From assembly GCA_951406725.2 (NCBI GenBank), contig OX597822.1, forward strand, positions 70,928,001-70,992,000: DNA of 64,000 bases, read 5' to 3'. Origin of the DNA: Octopus vulgaris (taxonomy: Eukaryota). Made by a program: the position numbers and the translations under genes. The notes under the pieces were generated by a model. The model made no database searches. It had not been told where the DNA came from and saw nothing but the letters and a program-made list of their open reading frames with translations. Each line of letters opens with the position of its first letter. Positions within the stretch are counted from its first letter, which is position 1. This document shows positions 1-11,645 of this stretch, in pieces.

Positions 1-191
1 GTTGGTTTAAGATAATAATCATTATTTCTTTCTTAGTCATCCTTCAATGACAACAACAACAACAACATTAGCACAGCGTTCTCTTCTGTGACTCTTTACG
101 ATGACCAGGCAATAATATCACATCGACATTTATTCTATGTTCTAAGTTGAATGTAAGCAAACAATAAAACACACACACACACACACACACA

Positions 192-244
<53 letters not shown>

Positions 245-407
245 AGTGGTATGTATTTCCTGGTTTGAGAAATATATCAGCCTTTTTTGCTAAAATGCTT
301 TTACTCAAAAACTAGTATAGAAAACCAAAAAAAACAAAAAAATCCCAGCTTAAACACAAAGTACTTTGTTACTGAGAGTTTGTTATTTAGTCTTTGCCAC
401 CAATGTA

Positions 408-568
408 GGCGCAGGAGTGGCTGTGTGGTAAGTAGCTTGCTTACCAACCATATGGTTCCGGATTCAGTCCCACTGCAGGGCACCTTGGGTGAGTGTCTTC
501 TACTATAGCCTTGGTCCGACCAAAGCCTTGTGAGTGGATTTGGTTGATAGAAACTGAAAGAAGCCTGT

Positions 569-613
<45 letters not shown>

Positions 614-837
614 ATATGTTTGTGTGTTTGTGTTTGTCTCCCAACATTACTTGACAACCGATGCTGGGGTGTTTATGTCCCTGTAACTTAGCGGTTTGGC
701 AAAAGAGACCAATAGAATAAGTACTAAGTTTGCAAAGAATAAGTCCTGGGTTCGATTTGCTTGACTAAAGGTGGTGCTCCAGCTTGGCTGCAGTCAAAAA
801 TGACTGAAACAAATAAAAGAGTAAAAGAATAAAAGAA
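408..837 (+). mobile_element. tRNA-derived SINE family A (CORE-like, internal microsatellite), full-length copy
   Basis: A box TGGCTGTGTGG, B box GATTCAGTCCC, CORE-like accttgggtgagt, internal (TA)n(TG)n, (taaaaga)n tail. About 20 full or partial copies in the window. Confidence 0.9.
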
Positions 838-1569
838 TCTATTTTGACCAATAAATACCAGGCACCTTGGTAACTGAAATATTTTCTAGAAGGTGTATGT
901 TTTTAAGGAGAAAGCCATAGACAATGCAAATATTTCTGAAATTTCTTACTGACAAGTGGAAAAAAATGAAAAATAGATAAAGAAATAAATAAAAAGAATG
1001 TAGACCCTCAAAGCTCTGCAACAGACTTTTGAATAATTACTGATTAGAAAACTAATTTATTTACATTAATTATGTAAATTTATACAGTATTTGACTGAGA
1101 AATGGAAAACTGTTTTTCCAGTAAACATAAAAATGTAAGTGTAAAATTTTATTTTAAACTTTATATTTATTTATTTATCTATTTATTTATTTATTCCTTT
1201 CATTATTTATATATTTTTGCACAACAGTTTTATGAAGTTAAACTAGAACCATTCCTTGAATGGCTTCAGTGCAACAATCCTTAAGTGAATCAACATTCCC
1301 AAAACATCTGAAGAAGATAAAGAGCATCTTTCTGAAGCAATTTATCCAAAATAATCCAAGTTAATTCACGTGGTTGTATTTCAGTGTTAGGTGCAGGTAT
1401 GGCTGCATGGTTAAGATGCTCGCTTTACAACCATGTGGTTTTAGGTTCAATCCCACTGTGCGGCACATTGGGGAAGTGTCTTCTACTATAGCCCCTGGGC
1501 CAGCCAATGCCGTATAATGAATTTAGCTGATAGAAACTGCGTGGAAGCCCATTATATATGTGAGTTTGT

Positions 1570-1930
1570 ATGAAGTCTGATCCCAATATATCAGGACTGG
1601 TGCTGTAAAAAGAAAACTACATGTATCAATTTGGTATTTAATCTCCTTCGAAGTAATCCCCTTCTGGGACCAGATGTCTTATCTAGTGTTGTTTCCAATA
1701 ACGGAAGCATTCTCTCTTTACTCTTTTACTCGTTTACTTGTTTCAATCATTTGACTGTGGCCATGCTGGAGCACCACTTTTAGTCGAGAAAACTGACCCC
1801 AGGACTTATTCTTTGTAAGGCTAGTACTTATTATATTGGTCTCTTTTGGCGAACCACTAAGTTACAGGGATGTAAACACACCAGCATTGGTTGTCAAGCG
1901 ATGTTGGGGGGACAAACAGACACACAAACG

Positions 1931-1990
<60 letters not shown>

Positions 1991-2890
1991 CACACACATA
2001 TATACGAGGGGCTTCTTTCAGTTTCTGTCTACCAAGTCCACTCAAGAGGCTTTGGTCGACCTGAGGCTATAGTAGAAGACACTTGCCCAAGGGCCATGCA
2101 GTGGGACTGAATCCGGAATTATGTGGTTCATAAGCAAGCTACTTACCACAGAGCCACTCCTATGCCACTCCTGGAACTCCTGTTTCGGGATATCAAGCAG
2201 GTGCCTTGTTGCATTCTCTTGGACCTCCTTGACGTCTTGCAATTTTGTTCCTTTGAAGTGGGACTTGATTTTTGGAAAGAGAGAAAACTTACAAGGGGCA
2301 AGATCTGGGGAATATGGTTGCAGACACACATCTCATTCCAAAATCTTCAATGAGAATGGACTGATCTGAACTGTAACTGAAGTTCACATCCTCCAATAAC
2401 TTGTGCACAAGGATTTGGGTGGGGGGTATATGATGGTTGTCAGATCTAGGGAATGTTGTGCATGGTATAAACTTGGCAGATAAATATCTCATACCCAGAT
2501 GGACAGATCTGAACTGTGACTAATGTTCACATTCTTTGACAATTCATGCTCATGCACAGTAATCGGATGGTGGTTCCAAACACCTGTACACACATCTGCA
2601 ATGGTTTCATCAGTTTTGTTGATTGCAGGTCTCCCGGAATGTGTGTTGTGGTCAACACATTGTCAGCCATCTTGGAAACGTTTGAACTGCTTGTATTCTT
2701 GTGTCCAGCTCATGCACCCCACCCCCCCATACACTTTCTGAAACTTTGAGTAGGTCTCTGCATAGGTATCTATCAACAAGCTTTTGGCAAAATTTGATGC
2801 AGGTTTTCTGTGAAATTTTCAAAAGAGTGGGGCAAGACAACCACACTACACACTTTACTTCCAAGCACTGCTATAAACAACAAAAGTGAG
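1570..2890 (-). mobile_element. Decayed mariner transposon, interrupted by a SINE A
   Basis: Minus-strand translation QPYSPDLAPCKFSLFPKIK...FQE resumes after the SINE as ...EGDYFEGD*. YSPDLAP is the mariner signature. Confidence 0.85.
1711..2166 (-). mobile_element. SINE A inserted in the mariner transposase 3' end
   Basis: Reverse complement of 408-837, with mariner coding sequence on both sides. Confidence 0.9.
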
Positions 2891-2949
2891 AGAGGATGTT
2901 ATAACTTAGTATGTGTGTGTGTGTGTGCAACAGAGTTGAAGGTCAACCT

Positions 2950-3570
2950 GTACCAAGTGGCTTCCATCTGTGTGCTTTAGATCCATTACAATAGCAAAAA
3001 TATGTGTAGGCAAACAAACCAATGCTGGTTGTCAAGTGGTGATGGAGGGGACAAATGCAATCACATAGACACACATACACAGATGCATGCACATACACAC
3101 ACACACAAATGCGTGCACACACACACAGAAACACACACACAGTCACACACACATGCACTCACACAGACACAGACGTACACACACCAACATTCACACACAT
3201 GCAGACACACATACACAGACACACACACATGCACTCACACACACACAGACGTACATGTACCAACAGACACACACACATGCAGACACACACACACAGACAC
3301 ACACACATGCACTCACATGCACACAGACGTACATGTACCAACAGACACACACACATGCAGACACAGACACATACACAGACACAGATGCACACACACACAC
3401 ACATGCACAAACACACAGCCGCACTAGCATGCATGCATGCACACACACACACACAATCATGCATACCACAGACATCCACATTGGTTAATCCAGGGCCATA
3501 GTAGAAGACACTTGCCCAAGATTCCATCAAGTGGAGCTAAACTTGAAACTAAATAGTTACAAAGCTTTAT
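2950..3570 (-). mobile_element. Older SINE A with internal (CA)-derived ~60-bp minisatellite
   Basis: SINE A halves flank repeated cacagacgtacatgtaccaacagacac units. Confidence 0.7.
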
Positions 3571-3904
3571 CTGCAGCTATTTTGCAAGAAAGAGATAAAA
3601 ACAAACAGATTACTTCAATGAAACAGAAGCTAATGTCTTGTGATCCACATTTTCTTAAAATATTCTATTAAGCATGTGCCTTTGTGCCTTTGTTTTAGAT
3701 ATTTATGTGGGCTTGGTGAGGAAGTCTTAAATATTTTACTTCTAAGAAAATCACAACCTCTCCAAACATTCGGTGATGCCCCTCAGCAATCCATTGACAT
3801 CTACCATAAGCTCACAACACTTTCAAGGATGCTCCACTGTCCAAGTTACATACTACTGATGTTCTATGCAATCAGTGATTTAATTTGTTAGAAATAGTAG
3901 ACAA

Positions 3905-4125
3905 GGTGGTGAGCTAGTAGAAATGTCAGCATGCAGGGCAAAATGCTTAGCAGTATTTCGTCTGTCCTTATGTTCTGAATTCAAATTCCGCTGAGGTCGA
4001 CTTTCGGGGTCGATAAATTAAGTACCAGTTATGCACTGGGGTTGATCTAATAGACTTAATCCCTTTGTCTGTCCTTGTTTGTCCCCTCTATGTTTATCCC
4101 CTTGTCGGTAATAAAGAAATAAGAA
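3905..4125 (+). mobile_element. tRNA-derived SINE family B (Nin/Deu-domain-like)
   Basis: Head ggtggtgagctagtagaa, B box ttcaaattcc, ggggtcgataaattaagtacc motif. About 15 copies (e.g. 10385-10598, 14125-14350, 35120-35353). Confidence 0.8.
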
Positions 4126-4866
4126 AAAGTAGACAAATGTTACTTACACCCCATATGAAATAATGATACAGGTGGTTTCCTGTAGCTACGGTCATTAAAT
4201 CAATGGAGATGACCATCCCCTCACAACATAGGGCAGAATTAGAAATCTGAATTCTGCAAAAAGATGGATAGTGTTTGCATATTTAATGTTTTTTATCTAT
4301 TTCAAAGCCCTTGCAACATCTAGTTAGTGGTAATCATGTATAGCACCATTTCATTCTATTTAGAAATCTTCAGCACAGTTTAACCTGTAACTTATCTATT
4401 AGACATATTATGGAAAGAGGCGTTTTAATGAAATGCCTTCCTTTGAAAACAAAGCGAAGAATGCATTGAATAATATGTATTTTGTAAAGAGAAAAAAAAA
4501 AGTCAGATGACAGGATGGTCATGTCTAGAATGTCTTCTGATCATGTTTGTTTGATCAGAGCTGGCTTGGAACTAAACATCAACAGAAATTCATACAGAAT
4601 TAATATGTCTTCATTACTTCAATTTGATTAAACAGTGTTGTACCATGGTGTGCAGGTGTGTAACTGAAGTAAGTGTGTATGCATGTGTGTGTGTATGTGT
4701 ATGTGTGTGTGCATGTGTGTGCATATGTATGCATGTGTGTGTATGTGTGTATGTATATGTGTGTATGTGTGTGTATGTGTGTGTATGCAGTCATGAGACA
4801 GTTTTCCTCCTCTTTGTCTCTCTTTATTTGTGTATGTGTGTATGTGTGTGTGTGTGTCTGCATGCT

Positions 4867-4897
<31 letters not shown>

Positions 4898-4971
4898 ATA
4901 TATACATACTTACATAAATACATATATCTACAAAAAGACATTTATATAGGAGTGTGTTTGTATGTATATGT

Positions 4972-5007
<36 letters not shown>

Positions 5008-5969
5008 GTACACACACATATATATATGTGTATATGTATATATCTGTGTGTGTGTGTACATATATATATATATATTACAAAACTAAAAGTTGAATAGCAG
5101 TATATTAAACAGTTTAAACATTGCAAGACTACAAGTTGAATAGCAATATATTAAGTAAAAACCAAATATTTGAAACTGAGAAGACCAACAACAAAAACAT
5201 CACCAACCAAATAACTAAGCAAAACAGATAAGGAAAAAAAAAAGAAATATGAAAGAAAATTAAAGAATAAGAATTTTTTTTCTTTTTGCTTCAAATTATC
5301 TTTCAGAGCAGAGGTTTAAGCTTATATATAAAAAAGAAAAAAATTTCCAAAGCAATTTGAGCTGGTACAAATTCTAACATAAAAACATCTTCTATGATCT
5401 CAACAGAGAAAAAGACTTTGAAGAATGAAATGCAAATTTACTTCTTCAGTAAGAAATTGTAAAATGAGAATAAAATTTGAATTAATCAAGTATGTTTTTA
5501 GATATCTTGTAAAGTTTTCTTCAAACACTGGCCTTATCAATTACCCTTCTTGAGGTTGGTTGCTTTAGTTTTGCCTCACAGCGAAAGAAGAAAGAACGGA
5601 TTGGTATAAAATATACAGATTGGTATATGAAATATAAGATAAAAGAAGAAAGTTTATTTGATATTACCATGTGAATATTCTAGTGTGACAGCCACCAGAG
5701 AAGATCTGTCACAATTATTTGAGATGTGTCACTTGTTGTTACAAACACTGTGTAACAGTTATCAGAGTTGTTTTTATAATCAGTGGTGTACATTAAATTC
5801 AGATGACAGACTAGCAAAATGATAAGAGTGTCAGACAAAATATCCTGCAGTATTTATTCTGATTCTTGATGTTCTGGTTTCAAACCCAGATGGGATGTCC
5901 TCTTTGTCTTTGATTCTTCTGGAATCAATAAAATAATATATCAGTCCAGGGTAGTGGATTCCATAACAA

Positions 5970-6400
5970 GGTCCAGTCCTTGTGATGTGATAGCTTCTGT
6001 GCTTCAATTACTCTGAGTGCTATGCCAGCAGAGAGTTAGTGCTCCAGGTAGGACTGCTCACCCTAGACAGGTCAAGAGATAAAGGCCAGATTATTATGGG
6101 CCACTTCTTCCAAGGGATAAAAGTAGGCTTCGCATGGGATCAACAACCCTAACTGGAAAATAGCAAAGTTACAGAAGCATCACTGAAAATTGAAAAGGAA
6201 CAAGACCTAGGAGAGAAAGGCCATCCTTCAGAAAACATGTCAGGCCCTGACTTGGGGTCAACAAAGGAAGCAGAAGAGAGGAGACCCAAAAGCAGGGATT
6301 CATCAGGAGAGAAGCAGAAAAGACATTACAGTGTTAAGAATGGTGGGAAAGGTTTCTGATTGCCTCTGCTCCAAAGGAAATGAAGAGCTTAATTAAGTAA
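5970..6400 (+). mobile_element. Short non-autonomous RTE-like element (5' UTR joined to 3' end)
   Basis: RTE-type 5' sequence (gagtgctatgccagcagagag...tagacaggtcaag) followed by remnants of an RTE C-terminus. Diverged second copy at ~31935-32350. Confidence 0.5.
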
Positions 6401-7039
6401 AAGTAATTGATAGTAGGCTGGTAGGGATTGGACAAAAATGTTTTGTGGTTTGAGTTCACCTCAAACGATACTAGTGCTAAGTACTATTAACCCTGGCCTT
6501 CAGTTTGGATAACAGTGGTGGCCAGAAGTGACGAGACTTGCATACATGCTAGTTTTCAATAAAAAGAAAGAAAAACATAAGAAAAAATCTTGCACAGGCC
6601 TATGCCTTCAAAAGGAAACTTTCCAGTTTCAGAAACACAGTCAACCATTACAGGTGGAGGCCTTAAATACCAATTATTAAAATGTTAGTGTGATAATGAT
6701 GATGATGATGATCATCATCATCATTTAATATCCATTTTCCATGGGTTGGACAGTTTGACTGGAGCTGGCGAGGCCAGGAGCTGCACCGGGTTCTATAGCC
6801 TGTTTTTGCTTGGTTTCCACTGCTGGCACTGGGGCCACATAAAAAGCACTGGTATCATGTAAAAATTACCCAGTACTCTCTGTAAAGTGGTTGGCATTAG
6901 GAAGAGAATCTAGCCAAAGAATGCCAACCACTTTACAAGATATACCAGGTGCTTTTTACATGGCACCAATCAACAGTGCTTTTTACATGGCACCAGCACC
7001 AGTGCCTGTTGTAGGTGCTTATTACCAAATTATAATAAA

Positions 7040-7555
7040 TATAATTTTAATTCTTTTGAAGTTTTTCCTCAAACATCTGTTTTATGGAATTCTCTTGCCT
7101 TTTATTGTGTTCCTAGTAGATATATTTGTTTTTTCTTTTGAAGGGAGTTCCAAAAGACATCTCTCTTATGGAGCTCTCTTCCTTCTTGTTTCTTTAGTTC
7201 CAACCATAATACTTTCAAATTCTTTCTTTGAACAGCTATCTTAGAAAACTCTTAATTTTTCTTGTTTTCCAAATAGATATAGTCTTCATTCTTTTAAATT
7301 CAATTCTCAAACATCTGTTTTATCGAACTCTCTTCCTTTTTTCTTTTTTTTTCTTCCAAATGGATTATTGTAATTGTTTAAAATCTTTCCTCAAAAATAT
7401 TTATTTGTCTTACAGAACCCTGTTCATACATCTTGTTTCCTTAATACAGATTATTTTAATTCTTTGAAATATATTTCCTTAAACATCTGTCTTATGGAGC
7501 TGTTTCTCTTATCCCTGTTTCCTTGAAAGATATAATCTTAATTCTTCTAAATCCC
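7040..7555. repeat. Degenerate ~80-bp tandem repeat, about 6 units
   Basis: Motif aaacatctgt(t/c)ttatgga recurs near 7074, 7158, 7236, 7312, 7400 and 7483. Confidence 0.75.
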
Positions 7556-7819
7556 CTGTTGGTTATTTACAGATTTCAAAGCAGTTTTCTCATTAGATGT
7601 TTATATTTCCCCTTTTCTTTCGCAACTTCTAACAAACTAAATGCGCCTTGGAATCTCTTTTATTGCATTTTGCTGCTCGCCTTGCTGGGGGTAACTACCA
7701 TAAAAAAAAAAAACTTCCTCTTGAACTTTTCGCTCTCAGTAACCATTTTATCAAATGTGTTTTAGCATTATATCACAATCCTCAGATTGTGATATAATCC
7801 TCAGATTGTGATATAAAGA

Positions 7820-8300
7820 GGGTTCAAATTGATCCAATCAACGGAACAGCCTGTTCACAAAATTAATATACAAGTGGCTGAGCACCCTGCAGACATATGT
7901 GTCCTTAATGTAGTTCTTAGGGAGATTCAAAATGATGTAAAATGTGACAAGGCTGGCCCCTTTGAATTACAGGTACAACTCACTTTTGCTAGGTGCCCCC
8001 TGCCACCTCCAGTTATGCTAGTGCTTCTGCACTCCAGCACGACTACTCCCTTTATCTGTTTCCCTCATAAAATCAGTTTCCCAGATTCTGTGGTGTACAG
8101 ACTCCTCCCACTGGATCGGATAAGTCTCTTGTAGGATTACTGGGATTACTAGGATTAATCATTTTTGCCAGCTGAGAGGACAGGAGCAGCATGAAGTGAA
8201 ATATTTTGCTCAGGGACACAACACATCACCCAGTCCAGGGACCAAAACCACTATCATACAACCACGAGTGCTACAACTTAACCATCAGGTCATACTTCTC
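7820..8300 (-). mobile_element. tRNA-derived SINE family C, split by a ~165-bp insertion
   Basis: Reverse complement of the 13784-14100 copy, with unrelated sequence at ~7991-8158. Confidence 0.75.
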
Positions 8301-8448
8301 CATATGTATGTGTGTTTGTGTGAGTGTGTGTGTTTGTGCATGCGTGTGTGTGCTTGCATGCATGTGCACATGAGTGTGTGTATGTTTATTTCCGTAATGA
8401 GATAAAAAACCAATGGTGTGTAGATTTTAGAACATTTATAGATAGAAG

Positions 8449-8496
8449 GTCTTACAGCTGTTTCTAGGATATTTATTATATCCCTTCATCGGAGAC
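8449..8496 (-). ncRNA. Minimal type I hammerhead ribozyme motif (Penelope type), one core deviation
   Basis: gtct-CCGATGA-agggatat aataa atatccta-GAAA-cagctg-TA-agac: 4-bp stem I, stem II, palindromic helix III. Confidence 0.65.
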
Positions 8497-8596
8497 GGTG
8501 TGAGAAAATGGCTAAGCAATAGTTAATTTAGATACGATACGAAATAGAGAGTGAGGTGGAGGAATGAAAATAGATGTGAGATATGCAGGGATATTG

Positions 8597-8851
8597 CGCC
8601 CGTGCTGGTGGCACGTAAAAGGCACCATCCATCCGTGACCGTTTGCCAGCTCCGTCTGGCACCTGTGCAGGTGGCACGTAAAAAGCACCCACTACACTCA
8701 CGGAGTGGTTGGCGTTAGGAAGGGCATCCAGCCGTAGAAACACTGCCAGATCAGACTGGGCCTGATGCAGCCTTCTGGCTTCACAGATCCCAGTTGAACC
8801 ATCCAACCCATGCTAGCATGGAAAGCAGACGCTAAATGATGATGATGATGA
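8597..8851 (+). mobile_element. RTE LINE 3' end fragment, 2 tandem units, (tga)n tail
   Basis: Matches the 3' end of the 52510-53997 element. Confidence 0.85.
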
Positions 8852-8874
8852 TATATATATATATATATATATAA

Positions 8875-9629
8875 CAGTGGTGGCTCCAGCACTCAGGTTG
8901 TTTGGGCTTAACCTGAGTATAAATTTAGCAAAGTGAGTGTGTATTTGCAAGCTGATTTAATTTCTGCCAACACTGACTTCAAGTATGTAATTGCAGTCAA
9001 TAACCCGGGCTCCCATTATTGAGCCTGGTCGCAGTTCATTTATTTTCGTTCAATGTCTGGCAGCCGTCTTAGAGGTGCCCTGTGTCAAGAAGTATCATTT
9101 GTAGCAGATGTTCTCTTGACATCGTTTACAGCCTGAGTTGTTATCTATAATCGTAAAAATTAAAAGTAATTCAAATTCAATGTTTTCTTGAAACAATAAA
9201 TTTCTATAGAGATTAGGATTTAGATTCCAATCTATGAAAAGTTTCTGTTCTACAATATTATTAAAAGAATGAAAAATTATCCAGCAACTCGGGCTAATAC
9301 GAAGGAGCTTGGTAGGTGTAAAAGACTAACTGGCATCTCTTGTCAAGAGTACAGGCGACAGTCAGGTCACTGATGTTTGTTGTGCACCCCGCTGTTGCTA
9401 TTTGATTGCTGTTATTCTGTGTGTCTGTATGTAAAGATCAGTTGTGTTTTGCAAGATTGCTTTATTTTTACCCTCAACTTAGAAATGGAAGAAAGACATA
9501 GTGCTAGATATGAAAAATAAGCCATTTGGGGCTAGAAATATTGTGGAAAAGCATTAAATTCTTTGAACAGGCATGTGTCTTATGTAAAATCTGTGATGAG
9601 CCTGAGTGACACTGATGACCTGGAGTCAT

Positions 9630-9634
<5 letters not shown>
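8875..9634. mobile_element. Non-autonomous DNA transposon with short TIRs (possibly hAT-like)
   Basis: cagtggtggctccag...ctggagtcatctctg (12/15 inverted match) plus subterminal cactcaggtt/agcctgagtg. Sits between (TA)n tracts. Confidence 0.5.
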
Positions 9635-9667
<33 letters not shown>

Positions 9668-9670
<3 letters not shown>

Positions 9671-10265
9671 TCATCATTGTTTAACGTCCACTTTCCATGC
9701 TAGCATGGGTCGGATGATTTGACTGAGGTCTGGTGAACCAGATGGCTGCACCAGGCTCCAGTCTGATCTGGAAAAGTTTCTACAGCTGGATGCCCTTCCT
9801 AACACTGACCACTCCGAGAGGGTAGTGGGTGCTTTTTACATGCTACCGGCATGAGGGCCAGTCAGGCGGTACTGGCAATAGCCACACTCAAATTGTGCTT
9901 TTTATATGCCAACTGCACAGGAGCCAGTCCAGCTGCACTGGCAACGACCTCGCTCGAATGTTTTTTCATGTGCCACCAGCACAAGTGCCAGTAAGGTGAA
10001 GCAGGTAACGATCACACTCGAATGGTGCTTTTTATGTGTCACCAGCATGGAAGCCAGCTTGTTGCTCTGGCAATGATCACGCTCGGATGGTATGCATAAG
10101 TGGGCAGGTTACACCCGTGGCATGGGCCACGAGGTTATAGTCTCACTTAGCTTGTTGAGTCTTCTCAAGCACAGCATATTTCTGAAGGTCCCACTCACTA
10201 GTCATTGTCTCGGTGAGGCCCAATGTTCGAAAGTCATGCTTCCCCATCAGGTCTTCCAGGGTCTA
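9668..10265 (-). mobile_element. 5'-truncated RTE LINE: ORF C-terminus plus tandem-repeat 3' UTR
   Basis: Minus strand gives KHDFRTLGLTETMTSEWDLQKYAVLEKT, like the 52455 ORF end, followed by diverged ~60-bp units. Confidence 0.85.
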
Positions 10266-11260
10266 TCTATCAATACACACACATAAATACAGACACACAC
10301 ATACATACATGCATACATACACACACATATACAGACACACACATACATACATGCATACATATACACACACACATATATATATATATTTCTTCATTGCCCA
10401 AAGGGGGCTACACATAGAGGGGACAGACAAAGGGATTAAGTTGATGATCCCAGTACGTAACTGGTACTTATTTAATCTACCCCGAAAGGATGAAAGGCAA
10501 AGTCGACCTTGGAGAAATTTGAACTCAGAATGTAACTGCAGACAAAATACCACAAAGCATTTCGCCCGGCGTGCTAATGTTTCTGCCAGTTCACTGCCCT
10601 TTCATATATACATTCATATATATATGTTGTGTGTGTGTGTGTGTGTGTATGTGTGTGTACGTGTGTGTGTGTGTACACATATAGAGGACTTCCACACAGT
10701 TTCTATCAACCAAATTCAGTCACAAAGACTAGAGTTGATAGAAGAAACATGCATAGTGTCCCAATGGGATTGAACCAAAAGCCATGTGATTGCAAAGTGA
10801 GCCTCACAACATTAAGCTTTACCTGCATCTGTAAGTACGCCTACATCTATAAGCACACCTGTATATGTAAGCACACCTGCACATATCAAGCCATACCTGT
10901 GCCTGCCAACTTCTTAGTAGAATAGCTATGGAATTCATATAGTTATAGAGGAAAACTATATTTGCATCAATAGTGCGTTCGATTGAGAATTACGTTATTT
11001 ATAGTCGAAGTTGTGTGTACTTATTGAAATCAGATAAGTAAAAGGTGAAAAGTTGAAAGAAATAAAGTTATGAAGAAGAGTTAATTCTGTCACCGTAAAA
11101 AGACAGGCAATTCATCAAAATTTTCAAATTCCAATTTTCTTTCTTGTGGAAATCTTTGCTTTGCCTTCAGGGGTTTAATCTAAAATAAATAAATAAAATA
11201 AATTAAAAAAAGACAAGAAAAGAAATTCCAAAGTAAAGGGATTTAAAAAAAGAATGAAAT

Positions 11261-11645
11261 GGTGCCTGTATATGGTTACCTAACACTAAAAATTTAAGGG
11301 GAGGGAGCTAGTTAATTAAATCAGCTTCATTGTTCAACTGGTACTAAAGGTGCTGTATATGGTTACCTAAGACTAAAAATTTAAGGGGAGGGAGCTAGTT
11401 AATGAAATTAGCTTCATTGTTCAACTGGTACTAAAGGTGCTGTATATGGTTACCTAAGACTAAAAATTTAGCAGGAGGGAACTATTTAATTAAATCAGCT
11501 TCATTGCTCAACTAGTACTTTATTTTAATCATCCTGAAAGGACAAAAGCCAAAGTTGACCTTGGCAGAATTTGAACATAGAATGTAAAGCTGGAAGAAAT
11601 ATTATTAAGAGTTTTATCCACCATGCTAATGACTCTACCTGCTCA
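11261..11645 (-). repeat. 87-88-bp triplication at the tail of a SINE B
   Basis: Units start at 11261, 11349 and 11436. The third runs into the SINE B body. Confidence 0.9.

Noticed and set aside
408-480. tRNA genes at SINE heads
   Set aside because: A and B boxes are present but there is no complete cloverleaf, and each runs into a SINE body.
1300-1345. ctgaagaag...ctgaagc hammerhead-like stretch
   Set aside because: GAAA core and stems are too degraded to support.
3640-3891. Possible plus-strand exon after tgttttag
   Set aside because: No recognisable protein, no clear donor and no partner exons.
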